Shown here: positions 9,019 to 17,517 of the stretch, piece after piece
Layout of the letters: each line of letters opens with the position of its first letter
How positions within the stretch are numbered: the first letter of the stretch is position 1
DNA from: an uncultured Planctomycetaceae bacterium
Lineage (GTDB): Bacteria; Planctomycetota; Planctomycetia; Pirellulales; UBA1268
DNA: 49,569 bases
Reading direction: 5' to 3'
NCBI GenBank assembly: GCA_903831155.1
Contig: CAIKWU010000045.1
Span: 1-49,569 of the forward strand
Translations under genes and position numbers: made by a program
Notes under the pieces: generated by a model
What the model was told of the DNA's origin: nothing
Databases searched by the model: none
Seen by the model: the letters and a program-made list of their open reading frames with translations, nothing else

Positions 9019-12000
9019 GTGCCGGGGCATGACCTGCGGTATAACGGCCTGATGGCCGCCGATACCCCCGAGTCCGTGTCGACTGGCGACACGTCGGTCC
9101 CTGCGGAGCTGACGTCGGCAACCGACGCGTCAGGGCTGAGCCGTGCTGACGAGCACTTCGGCTTTGGAGAGGACGCACCGCCCGGCCAGCCCCGCGGAGC
9201 CGGCCCGCTGCCAGCGGGCCTGAATCTTGGGGGCGTCACTCTGGTGCGGCTGATCGCCGAAGGGGGCATGGGTCGGGTCTACGAGGGAAGGCAGGCGGCT
9301 CCGGACCGTCCCGTGGCGGTGAAGGTGCTTCGCGGTGGGTTCGCCTCCTCCTCGCTCGTCCGCCGGTTCGAGTACGAGGCGCGGGTGCTCGCCAAGCTCC
9401 GTCATCCGAACATCGCGCAGATCTTCACGTTTGGCACGTATGCCGATGGCGACGGCATGGTGCCGTTCTTCGTGATGGAGATGATCGAGGGCGGGCTGCC
9501 GATCACGAGGCATGCCACCGACCAGCGACTCGGCGTTCGCGACGTGGTGTCGCTCGTGCGCAAGGTCTGCGCCGCGGTTGCCCACGGGCACCAGAAGGGG
9601 GTTATCCACCGCGACCTGAAGCCCGGGAACATCCTCGTGGACGCCGGCGGCGAGCCGAAGGTGATCGACTTCGGCGTCGCCCGGTCGATCGACCCCGAGC
9701 ACGGCGAGGCCACCCAGATGACCCGCGCCGGCGACGTCGTGGGGACGCTGCGGTACATGAGCCCGGAGCAGCTCGGCGTGGGCGACGGCGATGTCGATGC
9801 CCGCAGCGACGTCTACGCCCTCGGGCTCGTTCTCCACGAGGTGCTCACGGGAACGCTTCCCTACGAGCTCCGGGGCACGTCATTCGTGGAGGCGGCCCGC
9901 ATCCTCGGTGACCCGGCGCCCGTGTCGACGGTCGCCGTGGAGCGGGTGGCCCGCGAGCAGGGCGCGACCTCCGGCGACGCCCGCGCCCTGGCGACGATCG
10001 TCGCGGCGTGCCTCGAGCGGGCTCCCGCCCGGCGGTATGCGACGGCGGTCGAGGTCGAGGCCGAGCTTGGCCGCTGGATGGCCGGCGACGCCATCCTGGC
10101 GAAGCCGCCCACGCTCGCCGAGACGATCGTGCGATTCGCCCGCCGACACCGGGCCGCCACCGCCGCGGCAGTGGGCATTTTGGCCGCCCTGGTCGCGGCC
10201 ACGTCGGGGATCTCGTTCTTCTACGTCCGTGCGGAGCGGCAGCGGCTCGTGGCCGAGGATGCGAGGCTCGTGGCGGAGCAGCGGGAGGAGGAGGCCGAGC
10301 GTCAGGCGAGGGCGGCACGGGAGCAACTCTACGTCTCCAACGTGCTGCTTGCCGCCGCCGCCCGCGATCGCGACAACGTCGCGGAAGCGGCCCGGCTGCT
10401 GGGAGACGCGCGTCGACTGGTCGACGATGCGGGCACCACGAACCCGGTGGAGCTCGATTGCCTCGCCGCGTCGCTCGACGAGTCGGTCGCGACCATCGCG
10501 GGCCACGATGGTGTCGTGACCGCGGTCGGATGGTCGCACGATGGCACAGCGCTGGCCAGCGGAGCGAGCGACGGGGCCGTGCGACTCGGCGGTTTCTCGG
10601 CGGGGCGGGTGTCGTGGACTCCGGACCCGATGGGCAGGCACGATGGACCGGTGTGGGCCACGGCGTTTTCGCCCGATGGCCGGCTGCTGGCCACCACGTC
10701 GGCCGACGGCAGCGTCCGCGTCTGGGCCGTCGCCGGACGCGCGGTGGTGGCCACGCTCGACGGACACGAGGGGGCCACCTACGCGGCCGCGTTCTCTCCG
10801 GACGGCGCCACGCTCGCGACCGGTGGCCGCGACCGGATCGTGAGGCTCTGGGATACGGCCACATGGGAATGTCGCGGCGAGTGTCGCGGCCACGGGGGAA
10901 CCGTGTTCGGCGTCTCGTTCGCTCACGACGGTGGCAGCCTCGCGACGGCCTCCGTCGATCGGACGATCCGCCTCTGGAACGCGGAGACGGGCGAGGAGGT
11001 TCGGCAACTGAGGGGGCACGAGAGCCGTGTCTTCAACGTCGCCTACTCGCCCGACGGTGCGCTGCTCGCGTCGGCGGGCGAGGACGGCACCGCGCGGATC
11101 TGGAACCCGGCGACCGGCGACACGCAGGCCGTTCTCGCGCATCCGTTCCGCGTCAACGGCGTGGCATGGGTCGATGGAGGCCGCCGGATCGCGACGGCCT
11201 CGGGGGATGGCGTCATCCGGGTCTGGCGATCGTCCGACGCCCGGGAGGACCTGCGGCTCCTCGGGCATACCGGCCCCGTCTGGTCGATCGCGGCCGTGCC
11301 ATCGACCGGCTGGGTCGCGACCGGCGCCGCCGACGGCACGCTCCGGGCGTGGGATGCCGACCAGGGCATTGGTCCGGTGATGACCGTGGACGACAAGGTG
11401 CTCTCCATCGCCTGCTCTCCCGATGGTGGGATGATCGCGACCGCCATGGCGAACTCCGTGGTCAGGCTCTGGGACGCCGGCACCCTGCGGGCCACGGGCG
11501 TGCTCCGCAAGGCGGTCGGCCGGGTGAACGACGTGCGGTTCTCGCCCGACGGGGGCACCGTCGCGGGGTGCTGCGACGATGGGACCGTGCAGTTCTGGGA
11601 CCCGGCCACGAGCCGGCGACGGCTGTGGTTCAAGCTGCATGACCGTCGCGTCTATTCGATCGACTACTCCGCCGATGGCCGCAGCATCGCCACGGCGTCG
11701 GAGGACGGCTCGGCCCGCACCTGGGACGCAGCGAGCGGCACGCCGCTCGGCGACCCATTCAAGCATGGCCGCCGGATCCTGCGGGCCGCCTTTTCGCCCG
11801 ACGGCGAGTTCCTCGCGACTGCGAGCGACGATCGCTCCGCCCGCCTCTGGCGGCTGGCGGACGGTGCCGAGTTCCGCCGCTTCGAGGGGCACGAGGGCCC
11901 GGTGAACTGGGTCGTGTTCTCCTCCGATGGACGCATGATCGCGACTGCCTGCTCCGACGCAGCCGTGCGGGCCTGGAACGTGGCCGACGGCTCCCTCATC

Positions 12001-12279
12001 TCGGTGATGACGGGGCCGGCCAGACAGGTCTGGAAGGTGGCCTTCTCGCCGGACGGGCGGCGACTGGCTGGAGTGTCGGCCGACGGCACGACGCAGGTCT
12101 GGGACGTCGCCAGTGGTCGGGCGCTGCCGATGCTCCGCGGTCATCGCGACCAGGTGTGGGGGGTGGCCTTTACCCCGGATGGCCGCTCGCTCGTGACCGG
12201 ATCGTGGGACGGCACCGCGCGGCTCTGGGGCGTGACGGCCGAGCAGATCGCGCGGCGGCGGGCGGCGGTCGCCGAGTGA
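9019..12279 (+). CDS. Ser/Thr protein kinase with transmembrane helix, coiled coil and 14 WD40 repeats
   Basis: Hanks kinase motifs: GEGGMGRVYEG, VAVKVL, HRDLKPGNILV, DFG, SPEQ. TM segment AAVGILAALVAATSGISFFYV. Glu/Arg-rich coiled coil. 14 units of GH-x-V-x-FSPDG-x-LAT-x-DG-x-RLWD from about 10501 to 12230, enough for two 7-bladed propellers. 9019 is a GTG; the ATG at 9052 is an alternative start. Confidence 0.92.
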   Translation: MPGHDLRYNGLMAADTPESVSTGDTSVPAELTSATDASGLSRADEHFGFGEDAPPGQPRGAGPLPAGLNLGGVTLVRLIAEGGMGRVYEGRQAAPDRPVAVKVLRGGFASSSLVRRFEYEARVLAKLRHPNIAQIFTFGTYADGDGMVPFFVMEMIEGGLPITRHATDQRLGVRDVVSLVRKVCAAVAHGHQKGVIHRDLKPGNILVDAGGEPKVIDFGVARSIDPEHGEATQMTRAGDVVGTLRYMSPEQLGVGDGDVDARSDVYALGLVLHEVLTGTLPYELRGTSFVEAARILGDPAPVSTVAVERVAREQGATSGDARALATIVAACLERAPARRYATAVEVEAELGRWMAGDAILAKPPTLAETIVRFARRHRAATAAAVGILAALVAATSGISFFYVRAERQRLVAEDARLVAEQREEEAERQARAAREQLYVSNVLLAAAARDRDNVAEAARLLGDARRLVDDAGTTNPVELDCLAASLDESVATIAGHDGVVTAVGWSHDGTALASGASDGAVRLGGFSAGRVSWTPDPMGRHDGPVWATAFSPDGRLLATTSADGSVRVWAVAGRAVVATLDGHEGATYAAAFSPDGATLATGGRDRIVRLWDTATWECRGECRGHGGTVFGVSFAHDGGSLATASVDRTIRLWNAETGEEVRQLRGHESRVFNVAYSPDGALLASAGEDGTARIWNPATGDTQAVLAHPFRVNGVAWVDGGRRIATASGDGVIRVWRSSDAREDLRLLGHTGPVWSIAAVPSTGWVATGAADGTLRAWDADQGIGPVMTVDDKVLSIACSPDGGMIATAMANSVVRLWDAGTLRATGVLRKAVGRVNDVRFSPDGGTVAGCCDDGTVQFWDPATSRRRLWFKLHDRRVYSIDYSADGRSIATASEDGSARTWDAASGTPLGDPFKHGRRILRAAFSPDGEFLATASDDRSARLWRLADGAEFRRFEGHEGPVNWVVFSSDGRMIATACSDAAVRAWNVADGSLISVMTGPARQVWKVAFSPDGRRLAGVSADGTTQVWDVASGRALPMLRGHRDQVWGVAFTPDGRSLVTGSWDGTARLWGVTAEQIARRRAAVAE

Positions 12280-12334
12280 CGTCGACGCGGTGTCGAGGCA
12301 CCCGGGTGCAAGGCGACCGCGAGGCGGAAACCAA

Positions 12335-13267
12335 TCACCCCGAGGCAAGCACGTCGGCGAGGGTCTTCTGGAGGACGGCGGCGCTCGCCTTGAGGGCCTG
12401 CACCTCCTTCGGCCAGAGGTCGATCTCGAGCGTCTGCTCCGCGCCCGAACGGCCCACGACCGTGGGCACCGACAGGGCCACATCGCGCAGCCCGTAGCAG
12501 CCTGACTGGACCGTCGACACGGGCAGCACCCGCTTGGAATCGAGGGCGATCGCGTGGATCACCTCGGCGATCGACACGCCGACGGCGAATCCCGCGCCGG
12601 TCTTCTTCTTGATCATCTCCGCACCGCTCGTCTTCGCCCGCTGGAAGATGTCGGCACCGAGTTTGGGCGAGAAGCCCGGAAACTTCTCGAGGGGCAGGCC
12701 CGCGACGCTCGCACTCGACCACACGGGCACCATGCTGTCGCCATGCTCGCCGAGGATCATGGCCTGCACCTGCGTGGCCGGGCACTTCAGGTTCAGCGCG
12801 AGCAGGGCCCGGAAACGGAGCGTGTCGAGGAGCGTGCCCAGGCCGACGACGCGGCCCTTGGGCAGACCGAGCTCCTTCTCGGCCAGGTAGGTGAGGATGT
12901 CGACCGGATTCGAGACGACGAGCACGATGGCGTCGCGACGCATCCCCTTCGCCTGGATCTCGCCGAGGATCGAGCGAAACAAGACCACGTTGCGGTTGAT
13001 GAGCGCCAGGCGGCTCTCGTCGGGCTTCCGCCGCAGGCCCGCCGTGATGCAGATCACGTCGGCGTCGGCGAGGCACTCGTAGCCCCCCGCCCGGATCACC
13101 TGGTCGGCGATCGCCGGGGCCCCGTGCATCATGTCGAGCGCCTGGCCGTCGGCGAGATCCGCATTGGCGTCGACGATCACGATCTCGTGGACGATGCCAC
13201 CGAGTTGGAGTGCGAAGCCCGCCGAGGAGCCCACGATTCCGCCGCCGCCGATGATGCCGACCTTCAT
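12335..13267 (-). CDS. LDH-scaffold L-2-hydroxyacid dehydrogenase (lactate/malate dehydrogenase family), last gene of the BMC operon
   Basis: 310 aa. Rossmann motif MKVGIIGGGGIVGSS, substrate loop ITAGLRRKPDESRLALINRN, VSNPVD, GTLLDTLRFR, catalytic His in GEHGDS (LDH-type signature). Confidence 0.85.
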   Translation of the reverse strand: MKVGIIGGGGIVGSSAGFALQLGGIVHEIVIVDANADLADGQALDMMHGAPAIADQVIRAGGYECLADADVICITAGLRRKPDESRLALINRNVVLFRSILGEIQAKGMRRDAIVLVVSNPVDILTYLAEKELGLPKGRVVGLGTLLDTLRFRALLALNLKCPATQVQAMILGEHGDSMVPVWSSASVAGLPLEKFPGFSPKLGADIFQRAKTSGAEMIKKKTGAGFAVGVSIAEVIHAIALDSKRVLPVSTVQSGCYGLRDVALSVPTVVGRSGAEQTLEIDLWPKEVQALKASAAVLQKTLADVLASG

Positions 13268-13336
13268 GATGAGTCTTTCAGGAAAGAGCGATGCTGTGGT
13301 CAGGACCCCGGGCGTGACCCGGCCGGAAGTGGCCTG

Positions 13337-14242
13337 TCACGCGGACATTTTGATCCCGAGCTGCTTGCAGACCTGCTCGGTCACGACCTTGATCAGGGCT
13401 TCGGTGTCGAGCCCGGATGGCATGACGGCGCGGGTGGCGTTTTCCGGGTCGGCGCCCATCGGGGGCGGCGCGTCGAAGGCCTTCCGCGTCACGCCCGTCG
13501 TGCCCCAGCTGGTCCGGAACACGTCGTTGGCGCAGATGTCGCAGTTCTCCATGTCCTTCTCGAGGCGGGGATCGGTGTAGCCCCACTTGGCCTTGAGATC
13601 GAGCAGCTCCTTGGTCTCGGTCTTGGTGAGGTAGGTGACGCGGCCAAGGTCCTTCGAGAGCATGAGGATCCGGCAGTAGGCGTCGAGAATCTCGGTCCAC
13701 CAGTAGGCCTTCTCGACCGTCTCACCGAAGCTCACGGTGCCGTGATTTGCGAGGATCACGACGTTCGACTTTTTCACGAACGGCTTCACGGTGTCGGCGA
13801 ACTTCTGGCCGCCGGGAGTCTCGTAGCGGGTGATCGGCACGTCGCCGAGAAACACCTCGACCTCGGGGAGCACGCACTGCGGGATCGGCTCCCGGGCCAC
13901 GGCGAAGGCGGTGGCGTGGGGCGGGTGGCAGTGAACCACCGAGTTCACGTCCGGCCGCTCCTTCATGATGGTCAGGTGCAGGAGGATCTCGCTCGACCGC
14001 TTGCGGTTGCCGGCGATCTGCTTGCCCTCCATGTCGACGATGCAGAGGTCGGAGGGCTTCATGAAGCCCTTCGAGATCATGGTGGGCGTGCAGAGCACGG
14101 CATCCGGGCCGAGCCGGAAAGAGATGTTGCCATCGTTGCCGGCCGCGAAGCCCTTGGCGTAGATGCGGCGGCCGATGTCGCAGATTTCTTCCTTGAGCTG
14201 GTTGAGCGACTTGTCGGTGGTCTTGGGGGTGATGTTCGCCAT
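13337..14242 (-). CDS. class II (fuculose/rhamnulose-phosphate-type) aldolase with C-terminal extension
   Basis: 301 aa. Class II aldolase/adducin pattern: GNDGNISFRL, metal-binding His cluster VVHCHPPHATA, ILANHGTVSFG. About 90 extra C-terminal residues end in the amphipathic helix LDTEALIKVVTEQVCKQLGI. GAAGGAG SD 5 nt upstream of the ATG. Confidence 0.88.
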   Translation of the reverse strand: MANITPKTTDKSLNQLKEEICDIGRRIYAKGFAAGNDGNISFRLGPDAVLCTPTMISKGFMKPSDLCIVDMEGKQIAGNRKRSSEILLHLTIMKERPDVNSVVHCHPPHATAFAVAREPIPQCVLPEVEVFLGDVPITRYETPGGQKFADTVKPFVKKSNVVILANHGTVSFGETVEKAYWWTEILDAYCRILMLSKDLGRVTYLTKTETKELLDLKAKWGYTDPRLEKDMENCDICANDVFRTSWGTTGVTRKAFDAPPPMGADPENATRAVMPSGLDTEALIKVVTEQVCKQLGIKMSA

Positions 14243-14355
14243 GGTTGCTCCTTCGGGGTTCGTGTCCTAACGATTCTTGCCCACGCTGCGGCCTGCGGCC
14301 GGTTTGCGGGCGGGCGAAATACTTCCGGGCACGGAAGTCGTGACGGCTGGATGGG

Positions 14356-14646
14356 TCATGCGGGTCGTGAGGCGATCTCGAGGTGGTCGATCAGGGCGGC
14401 GATGTAGGCGTCGACGGGCTTGTCGAGCGGGCGGAACGGCTGGGCCGCCTCGCCCCCCTCGCTGAAGGCGACCAGTTGGCCGTCTCCAGCTCCCAGGTCG
14501 TCCCAGGCCACCAGCGGCTCGGCTGGGCCGTCGCCGGCGGCCAGGTCGCCCGTCGACAGGGGCACGACGAGCCGCAGCACGCCGCCCCGCATCGTGGGGT
14601 GGGGCTCGACGAGCGTTACCGTGCCGATCGTTTTTCCGAGTCGCAT
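14356..14646 (-). CDS. BMC-P pentameric vertex protein (EutN/CcmL family), copy 1
   Basis: 96 aa. MRLGKTIGTVTLVEPHPTMRGGVLRLVV...GAGDGQLVAFSEGGEA...DAYIAALID is the typical EutN/CcmL pattern. It is the C-terminal part of ORF 14356-15054; the internal ATG at 14646 fits the family length. Confidence 0.85.
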   Translation of the reverse strand: MRLGKTIGTVTLVEPHPTMRGGVLRLVVPLSTGDLAAGDGPAEPLVAWDDLGAGDGQLVAFSEGGEAAQPFRPLDKPVDAYIAALIDHLEIASRPA

Positions 14647-14651
14647 GGAAT

Positions 14652-15407
14652 TCAGTGGGTGTGGGTCTTGCAGCCGCAGCCGGCCGGAGCGGCCTGGAGT
14701 TCGGTGGGGACGGGGGCCGACGGACGGCGATGAAAGTCGATGCAGAGGCGATCGAGCGCGCCCCCGGAGAACGCCGCCGGGTCGATGATCAGCAGGTTGG
14801 CTGCGGCGTCGGCGGCGGCAGAGGCGATCGCCGCCGCATCGCGACCGGTCACCGCTCGCAGGCTCGCCGACCGATTTGCCAACACCAGGGCCACCGCCGG
14901 CCTCGACGTGAGCAGCACGCCCAGGGCGGCATCTCGGGAGGCATGGCCCGCCAGCGCGGCGACCACATCGGCGAGCCCGGAGGTGGGGAGTTGCTGGGCT
15001 CCCGGGATCGCACGGGCAATCGCGGACGTGCGGGCGGATGCGTCGCTGCGGCATGCCGCCTGAGCGATCACGAACGGCCGCGACGCGACGGCGGGGGTGG
15101 CGGGCCCGCCGCGGACGATCGTGATCCCGCGTTCGCGGGCCCGGTCGGCGGCCGAGGGGGTGATCACGGCAGTGGCCACGGCCGACACGGCCTGAACGCC
15201 GGCCGGCACCCGCTCGATCATGGCGAGCGTGATCACCCGCTCCGTGATCGCGGCGCCGGCCGCTGCGGCGGGCGTCGCAGTCGCTGCGGCGGGGACCGGC
15301 GGCGCTGCCGATCGCGGGGCGGCAGCCTGGCCGGCCTGGATCCGCCGGACCACCTCCGCCACGAGGGCTTGGATGGCGGCGGCGTCGAGGGTGTGTGGGG
15401 TGCTCAT
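14652..15407 (-). CDS. BMC-associated hypothetical protein with N-terminal encapsulation-peptide-like helix and degenerate RpiB/LacAB-like C-terminal domain
   Basis: 251 aa. N-terminal amphipathic helix LDAAAIQALVAEVVRRIQ, then an Ala/Pro linker, then ITERVITLAMIE...VITPSAADRARERGITIV. The C-terminal part aligns without gaps, by eye, to RpiB (GVLL...LANR..LRAV...ANLLII). Ends in CGCKTHTH. Sits between two BMC-P genes. Confidence 0.6.
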   Translation of the reverse strand: MSTPHTLDAAAIQALVAEVVRRIQAGQAAAPRSAAPPVPAAATATPAAAAGAAITERVITLAMIERVPAGVQAVSAVATAVITPSAADRARERGITIVRGGPATPAVASRPFVIAQAACRSDASARTSAIARAIPGAQQLPTSGLADVVAALAGHASRDAALGVLLTSRPAVALVLANRSASLRAVTGRDAAAIASAAADAAANLLIIDPAAFSGGALDRLCIDFHRRPSAPVPTELQAAPAGCGCKTHTH

Positions 15408-15420
15408 GCGTGCGGCTCGC

Positions 15421-15684
15421 TCAGGGCGTGTCAGGGAGGGCGATCGTGCTCCAGCGGGCCGGCGTGGCCTCGCTCTTGAGAACGTCCCGCAGGAGGCGGC
15501 CGTCGCTCGTGATCACCACCACGTCGCCGACGCTCGCCGCCACCGTGTCGATGGCGATCTGGGGGTCGCCATCGGGCGTCCGGCGGTCGGCCATGAGCGG
15601 CTGCGTGATGAGCAGCCGCGCGCCGGCGAGCGACGGGTGCTTCACCGTCGCGGTCGCCGTGCCGATGATCCGGGCCAGGTGCAT
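15421..15684 (-). CDS. BMC-P pentameric vertex protein (EutN/CcmL family), copy 2
   Basis: 87 aa from the internal ATG at 15684. MHLARIIGTATATVKHPSLAGARLLITQPL...VGDVVVITSDG. The ORF-track start 15768 would overlap the aldehyde dehydrogenase gene end. Confidence 0.85.
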   Translation of the reverse strand: MHLARIIGTATATVKHPSLAGARLLITQPLMADRRTPDGDPQIAIDTVAASVGDVVVITSDGRLLRDVLKSEATPARWSTIALPDTP

Positions 15685-15724
15685 GAGGAGCGTCGCTCTG
15701 GAGGGTTTCGCGGGGGATGGGAGA

Positions 15725-17200
15725 TCAGGAGCGGACGGCCGCCGGGCTGCCGAGAATCCGCAGGTCATCGACGAGGGTGCACCGCCGCTGGCGAGTGAAC
15801 GTCAGCGGTGTCGTCACGCCCTCGCCGGTGGGCGTGGCGATCGAGAACGAGAGGTAACCCTCGCCGCCGAGGCCGAGGCCGGCGACGCTTGGACCGTTCT
15901 TCACGAACAGCGTGGTGTCGAGCAGGCGGCCCATCTTCGTCATCGTGCGGACGTCGTTGGAATGAATGATCGCCGTGTGGCGGAAGCCATGCTCGCTCTC
16001 GTGGGCGAGGCGGATCGCCTCGTCGGCGTCGCGGCAGCGGACGAACGGCACGAACGGCATCATCTGCTCGGTGGGCACGAACGGGTTTGCGTTGTCGGTC
16101 TCGCCGAAGAGGAGTTCCACGCCGTCGCCGCCGGCGGCTCCGGCGGCCCCTGCCAGCACCGAGGCGTCCTGGCCGATGAAGTCCTTGCAGGGAACGAGGT
16201 GGCGATGCTCCCCCTCGCCCGTCATCACCAGCGCCCGCTTCGTGAGCGCGTCGACCTGGGAGCCCGAGAGCCGAAGCGCCCCGGCCCGCTCCATCGCCGC
16301 CATCATCCGGTCGAAGACGCTCGCCACCACGAACACCTGCTTCTCGCCGATGCAGAGGAGGTTGTTGTCGTAGGCCGCGCCCGCGATGATCGACCGGGCC
16401 GCGTTGTCGAGGTCGGCGGTCTCATCGACCACCACCGGCGGATTGCCTGGGCCGGCCACGATCGCCCGCTTGCTCGACTGGAGTGCCGCCTTCGCGACCG
16501 CAGGACCACCCGTCACGCAGATCAGCTTCACGCCGCGGTGATTGAAGAGCTGCCCGGCCGACTCGAGCGAGGGTTCGGCCACGAGCGACACGAGGTTGTC
16601 GATGCCGATGTCGCGGTGAATCGCGGCATTGAACCGCCGCACGCCCTCCGCCGCGACCTTCCGGCCGCTCGGATGCGGGTTCACCACCACCGTGTTGCCC
16701 GAGGCGATCATGTTGATCGCATTGCAGGCGATCGTGGGGAGCGAGTGCGTCACGGGGGTGATCGCGCCGATCACACCGAACGGGGCGTGCTCGATCACGG
16801 CCAGACCGTGGTCGCCGCTGAACACCTGGCTCTGCATGAACTCGACGCCCGGCACCTTCTCGCCGAGCACCTTCAGCTTCCCGATCTTGTGGTCGAGCCG
16901 GCCGATCTTGGTCTCGGCAAACTCCATGCGACCGAGCTCCTCGGCGTCGTCGATCGCGATCCGGCGAATGTGGGCGATCGCCTTTCGGCGTCCTTCGATG
17001 CCGAGCCGCTCGAGCTGCTCGAACGCCTCGGTCGCGGCGCGGACGGCCTCGTCGACGCTTCCAAAGACTCCGTTGGCGCCGGCAAACGAGCCGGAGGCCG
17101 GAGCCGACGGGATGGCTGCGGGGCGGGCCGCACCGGAGGCGGTGATCTCGGCGAGCACCTGGCGGACGATGGCGGCGATGTCGGGCGTGGCGGTGGACAT
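15725..17200 (-). CDS. CoA-acylating aldehyde dehydrogenase (PduP/EutE-like) with N-terminal encapsulation peptide
   Basis: About 491 aa. N-terminal amphipathic [15 protein letters not shown] followed by a linker. ALDH fold with catalytic Cys in [13 protein letters not shown], the PduP-type motif. ATG at 17200 preferred over the GTG at 17212. Confidence 0.9.
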   Translation of the reverse strand: MSTATPDIAAIVRQVLAEITASGAARPAAIPSAPASGSFAGANGVFGSVDEAVRAATEAFEQLERLGIEGRRKAIAHIRRIAIDDAEELGRMEFAETKIGRLDHKIGKLKVLGEKVPGVEFMQSQVFSGDHGLAVIEHAPFGVIGAITPVTHSLPTIACNAINMIASGNTVVVNPHPSGRKVAAEGVRRFNAAIHRDIGIDNLVSLVAEPSLESAGQLFNHRGVKLICVTGGPAVAKAALQSSKRAIVAGPGNPPVVVDETADLDNAARSIIAGAAYDNNLLCIGEKQVFVVASVFDRMMAAMERAGALRLSGSQVDALTKRALVMTGEGEHRHLVPCKDFIGQDASVLAGAAGAAGGDGVELLFGETDNANPFVPTEQMMPFVPFVRCRDADEAIRLAHESEHGFRHTAIIHSNDVRTMTKMGRLLDTTLFVKNGPSVAGLGLGGEGYLSFSIATPTGEGVTTPLTFTRQRRCTLVDDLRILGSPAAVRS

Positions 17201-17208
17201 GGTTGGGT

Positions 17209-17517
17209 TCACTTCCTGCTGAAGACTTCCTTGCCCTCGACGCGGACGGTGTCGACGAGGCCGATCACGACGGCATCGATGGGCAGAGACTTGGTTTCGG
17301 GGGTGAGGCGGGCGCTCGAGCCCTGGGTGACGAGCACGAACTGCCCCTCGCCGGCGCCGAGCGTGTCGACGGCGATGAAGGTGCGGCCTGTCGAGACGAG
17401 CGTCGACCGCGTCTTCTCATCGAGGCGGTACGGCTCCACGACGAGCAGTTTGTGGCCCGTCATCGACTCGGTCTTCTGCGTGGCCACGACCGATCCGGTC
17501 ACCAGTGCGACGAACAT
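17209..17517 (-). CDS. BMC-P pentameric vertex protein (EutN/CcmL family), copy 3
   Basis: 102 aa. [29 protein letters not shown]...[17 protein letters not shown]...[10 protein letters not shown]. Its start overlaps the ackA stop by 1 nt (TGATG). Confidence 0.88.
   Translation of the reverse strand: MFVALVTGSVVATQKTESMTGHKLLVVEPYRLDEKTRSTLVSTGRTFIAVDTLGAGEGQFVLVTQGSSARLTPETKSLPIDAVVIGLVDTVRVEGKEVFSRK

Noticed and set aside
10501-12230. WD40 region as a DNA-level repeat or mobile array
   Set aside because: Periodicity exists at the protein level only (14 divergent blades of about 42 aa). The nucleotide units are not near-identical.
12280-12334. Bidirectional terminator between the convergent kinase and LDH-like genes
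   Set aside because: Only a weak 5-bp stem (TCGAC-GCGGT-GTCGA) with no U-tract on either strand. This is not enough to call.
9880-12483. 867-aa ORF on the minus strand, plus other long ORFs overlapping the kinase gene (10008-11642, 9845-10864)
   Set aside because: They are antisense to, or out of frame with, the kinase/WD40 gene, whose repeats and kinase motifs are clear. Their composition is Arg/Pro-dominated with no recognisable domains.
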